Assembly (NCBI GenBank): GCA_950097015.1
Contig: CATNEN010000003.1
Span: 12,958,001 to 13,022,000 of the forward strand
Direction of reading: 5' to 3'
DNA from: Macrostomum hystrix
Taxonomy: Eukaryota > Animalia > Platyhelminthes
DNA: 64,000 nucleotides
The position numbers were made by a program, and so were the translations under genes. This document shows positions 60,161 through 64,000 of this stretch, piece by piece; position 1 is the stretch's first letter; each line of letters begins with the position of its first letter. The notes under the pieces were generated by a model. The model was not told where the DNA came from. It was given only the letters and a program-made list of their open reading frames with translations, and made no database searches.

Positions 60161-60493
60161 ACAGACACCACTGAAGTAAGTGTGCTTATCCAAATGAAAA
60201 AACACTTCACACGTGGGAAGTTTTTCAATTGCTTGTTTATGTAAAGTCCGTGTATTTTAAAATAGATTTTAACAAAAAAGTACCAGAATCAGATACCTGT
60301 ATTTTCCGCTTAAAACTTGCATTACATTGCAAATGACAAAAAGTCAAAACTGAGTAGCAATCGGGATTTTAAATTAATTAGTTTTTTTTCATAGAGCAAA
60401 ACAAAAGGTGCTGATATAACAAATTGGAATTTATTTAAAAAGGAAAGAATGTTTTACTTCTCGAATAACTCGCAGTTTTCAAACGTAAAAGTC

Positions 60494-61651
60494 TCAGAAG
60501 CTGAATCCCGAACTATCACGAGCTGCTCCTTTGAAACAGAAACAGACCCGCCCACAGCTGTCAATCAATCGACTCCATCGTTGGCGAACAAATTCCACGC
60601 AATATTGAGCTCTCTTCTTGCACAGCTGATTTCCGCAAAGAATGTACACAAACGGATCAAGACTGCTGTTCAGATGCACGAGCAGCTCCAAATAAAAAGT
60701 GCAACGTTGACTGTTCAACAAGCTGACGTTCTTGAAGCCGAAACAGTGCCATAGAATCGCCAGCAATGTCCTAGGCAGGCGAAGGATTAGAAACACCAGG
60801 ACGAGGATTAGCAGTGTTCTCAACGCCCTCCTATGCTGCCTAGTCATTGCGCAATCGGCCAATGCAACGATTTCGTCTGAGTTCCGTTGTCTCAGGTAGC
60901 AATAACGACGCGAGTTCACGTCGATAGATAGTCTACGATGGGAGGCTTGCTGCGGAGACGGCTGCTGCTGCTGCTGCTGCTGATAAGGAGCCGAAATCAA
61001 AGCCGATAATGACGTCTTTCGTTGCTGCTCAATCGATACTCTCTGGCTGCTGAATTTGATTCTTCTGCTAACAACCAGGTTGCAGCTGGCTAGGAGCACA
61101 AGGGCCAAAACGAACTCGGAGGACAGGTGTACGGATCTCATCATTCTTCGTCCTTCTTCGTAGTCGTCGCTGCGATCTGGACGATATTTCGGAGTCAAAA
61201 GACTGGTTGTCACGTGACCAGACGTCGCCATAATCCACAAGCCGACAGACATTGCCAACGGAGCTGATCGACTGCCGACAAGACCGCGTCGGCTTGACGT
61301 CGGCCTAACAACCTGGTACGCTCTGTCCATGGTGACTGCCACCATTGACCAGACTGACACCGACTGGGAGCTGGCAACTATCGCCTCCATCCATCGATGA
61401 GGACCGCCAGAGCAGACGAACAAATACCAAGTTCCAGGAGTTAGTAGGGCCAGAGTCAGATCGGCCAGTGCCAGATTTGCCAGAAACACTCGACGCCGTC
61501 CTGAACGAACCGACGACACGTTTGTCAGGGCTGTGACATTTGCCAACGAGCCAACTAGCAGAATTAGTAGCACCGGAACTGCTGACAGAGACGCTTCTAG
61601 AGGCTGCACCGTTGTTGTTGAGCTGTTTAGTTGAGAGCTGTCATTCTCCAT
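60494..61651 (-). CDS. Divergent rhodopsin-class (class A) GPCR, single coding exon, 385 aa
   Basis: N-terminal N-glycosylation sequons (NDS, NSS), TM1 GSLAN, TM2 NLALADL, TM3 DRA (DRY variant), TM6 FLILRLP, TM7 NSSLDPFVY. Confidence 0.85.
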   Translation of the reverse strand: MENDSSQLNSSTTTVQPLEASLSAVPVLLILLVGSLANVTALTNVSSVRSGRRRVFLANLALADLTLALLTPGTWYLFVCSGGPHRWMEAIVASSQSVSVWSMVAVTMDRAYQVVRPTSSRRGLVGSRSAPLAMSVGLWIMATSGHVTTSLLTPKYRPDRSDDYEEGRRMMRSVHLSSEFVLALVLLASCNLVVSRRIKFSSQRVSIEQQRKTSLSALISAPYQQQQQQQPSPQQASHRRLSIDVNSRRYCYLRQRNSDEIVALADCAMTRQHRRALRTLLILVLVFLILRLPRTLLAILWHCFGFKNVSLLNSQRCTFYLELLVHLNSSLDPFVYILCGNQLCKKRAQYCVEFVRQRWSRLIDSCGRVCFCFKGAARDSSGFSF

Positions 61652-62009
61652 TGCCTCAACTATCTGCAATCCTGTCAACTAAGCAGTGACGACAGTTATC
61701 ATAGAAAACTCCCTGCATCCCTAAAGATTTCTTCTGCTTCTTTTTAGACTTATATAGGCGACGTGATTTAGGGATGCAGGCCGAGGTGGATGTCCGGGTC
61801 CGGGCTTCAGCAAATTCACGTGGGTGGCGCTTTTGGATTCTGCTGAGGCGGATGGCGGATGCTGGGCTAGACTGACTGGGATTGCGACATCCTCCAGCCA
61901 ATGGCAGAAGCGCTTGGCTGGCGAACCATACTAGCATCTCACACACCCTAGTGTCGCAAAGTGCGACCCGCAAAGCTGCGAAATCAGATGCCCCGGTCAC
62001 TTCTAACAA

Positions 62010-62465
62010 CTCTCCCCTGTCTCATCTCTCCTTTGTCTCATCTCTCCCCTGTCTCATCTCTCCTATCTCATCTCTCCCTGTCTCATCTCTCCTTTGTCTC
62101 ATCTCTCCCCTGTCTCATCTCTCCTATCTCATCTCTCCCTGTCTCATCTCTCCTATCTCATCTCTCCCTGTCTCATCTCTCCCCTATCTCATCTCTATTC
62201 CCTGTCTCATCTCTCCCCTATCTCATCTCTATTCCCTGTCTCATCTCTGCCCTATCTCATCTCTATTCGTTGTCTCATCTCTATTCCCTGTCTGATCTCT
62301 CCCTGTTTCATCTCTCCCCTATCACATCTCTCCTCTCTCTCATATTTATTACCTGTCTCATCTCTATTCCATCTCATCTCTCCCCTATCTCATCTCTCCT
62401 CTCTCTCATATTTATTACCTGTCTCATCTCTATTCCATCTCATCTCTCCCCTGTATCATCTCTCT
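62010..62465. repeat. Degenerate (TCTCATCTCTCCCCTG)-type repeat, related to the hAT MITE interior
   Basis: Reverse complement of the GAGAGATGAGACAGGG motif of 9710-9910. Confidence 0.8.
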
Positions 62466-64000
62466 TGAGTCTTTACCTTTCCATCAGTAGTACCAAATAA
62501 TTGAGTAGCATTTGATGAAGATGTGAAGGTAAAATATAAGTATTGTAGTTTACGAATCCTTTTTGACAGGTCTAGATTTTAAATCCTTTTCAAGCCTTAT
62601 AGGCTTGTGTGAAAGCGCTTACATGTTCTGGAGCATAAAATTAAATAACTAATGAATCATATATCATGAGTACATGCCGGTTTAACGCTAATAATTCGTA
62701 CATTAAAATGCTTTTTGTGTCTGAATGTGTTGCTATCCTACAATAATTCTTGACTATACAATTAGTTTGAGACCTAAAATTAGCAAATAGTGTTTTTTAA
62801 AGCTAAATGACATGCCGATAGTATGGGACACAAGTCGGCTTAATTGCTTTTTTAATCAACTAAAACGCGCATAAACAATCGGGTATATTCCAGGGTTGCA
62901 ATCCTTTAATCCCTAATCCCCATCCGCATCGAGACTGGATCTGTTAGGAGATTAAATATGATTTTTAAATTTAAATTGGCTTTCAGAAATATAATATGCG
63001 GACACTAATAGTTGACCAGTTCGTGAACTGAATTGAAACCTGACATCGAAGAGAAGAATATCTAGCGAGACAGACAGAGAAGTAGAACCAGAGGATTAAG
63101 GGATTCTGACAGGAAAATGAAAGAGGGGATGGAGGGTTGACTTGTTTTTTGTTATTTTTGTGTGAAATTACGAGAGAAAAACGTTGAGCAAAAAATGTGC
63201 ATCTTTACATTTTAATCAGCTGGTTTATGAAAATAGGTTTAAATCCAGCAACTGAGAAAGTGAATTTTTTCAAGCGAAACTCGTTAATTTTGTATGGCAA
63301 AAAAATAATAAATGATTAGGAAAACACTTCATAACATCAATCTAGGTTAATTAGTTCTAAATTGAAATTCTAATTTATAAAACTGCTTTCGATTTACAAG
63401 CTGTGTCATTTTTTAAACACAATGTTCAGAGTTTTTCGTGAATAAAAACTTACAAAACTGTTTTGTTTTAAACTTTAAGTTGATTCATTTGTTATAAATG
63501 ACTGCTGCTTGTGCTAAACGTAGAATTTAAATTTAAATTAAAAACATTTGTACCACGAAAGTTAAGTAAATAAAATTGAAAAGTAGTTAAAAAATTAATG
63601 AGAAAAGTAAATTTCTAACTCTAAACGGAAGGTGGAATTAAAGTTTACCTGAGGATCAGTTGAAGGTTATAGCCCAGAGGGACATTGTTGACCCTCTTGT
63701 TAAGGAATAAAAAATGTCGCATTGCTTCGCTACAAATTTTGAGAAAAAATTCAAGTCTGAGACAAGTACACACAATACTTAAGGGCTAGAACTATGGCAA
63801 TCGCATTTGAATAATCGGAAAAACGTTTACTGTTAGTAGCGTGATAGGTATATTTTGCTCTTTTTTAAACGACCAAGTGCATTTTACAACTTGCCACTTT
63901 TAATTGGCAAAAGAAAAAATGTTTTCGTGAATGCAAAATAGTTTTAAAGTGAGCAGCATATAATTAAACTTACGAATATATTACAAAATTTGTATCTAAA

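Noticed and set aside
61656-62009. 117-aa minus-strand ORF upstream of the GPCR
   Set aside because: Non-ATG start and no motif; more likely GPCR 5' UTR or promoter sequence.

Overview
Eukaryotic (animal) genomic DNA: AT-rich, spliceosomal introns, and a different 16-61 bp minisatellite in most introns and intergenic gaps. This style suggests a free-living flatworm such as Macrostomum (inference only). The core is a run of closely spaced + strand genes: extended synaptotagmin (7 exons, one probable GC-AG intron), an ATG-less duplicated C2C exon/gene, molybdenum cofactor sulfurase (7 exons), a ZNF341-like zinc-finger gene (5 exons), NOP10, PIN4/parvulin-14 and a candidate 59-aa membrane micropeptide. 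A single-exon rhodopsin-class GPCR follows on the - strand. Mobile DNA comprises a decayed Tc1 element split by a young RT+RNase H LINE (13-bp TSD), an internally deleted Helitron with both ends, a hAT MITE family and two tRNA-derived SINE families. The main signal is that PIN4 and the orphan C2 ORF have no start codon and begin in frame directly after an unpaired 3' splice acceptor. This fits a trans-spliced operon in which the spliced leader's terminal AUG supplies the initiator Met. All coordinates were read by eye; no database searches were run.
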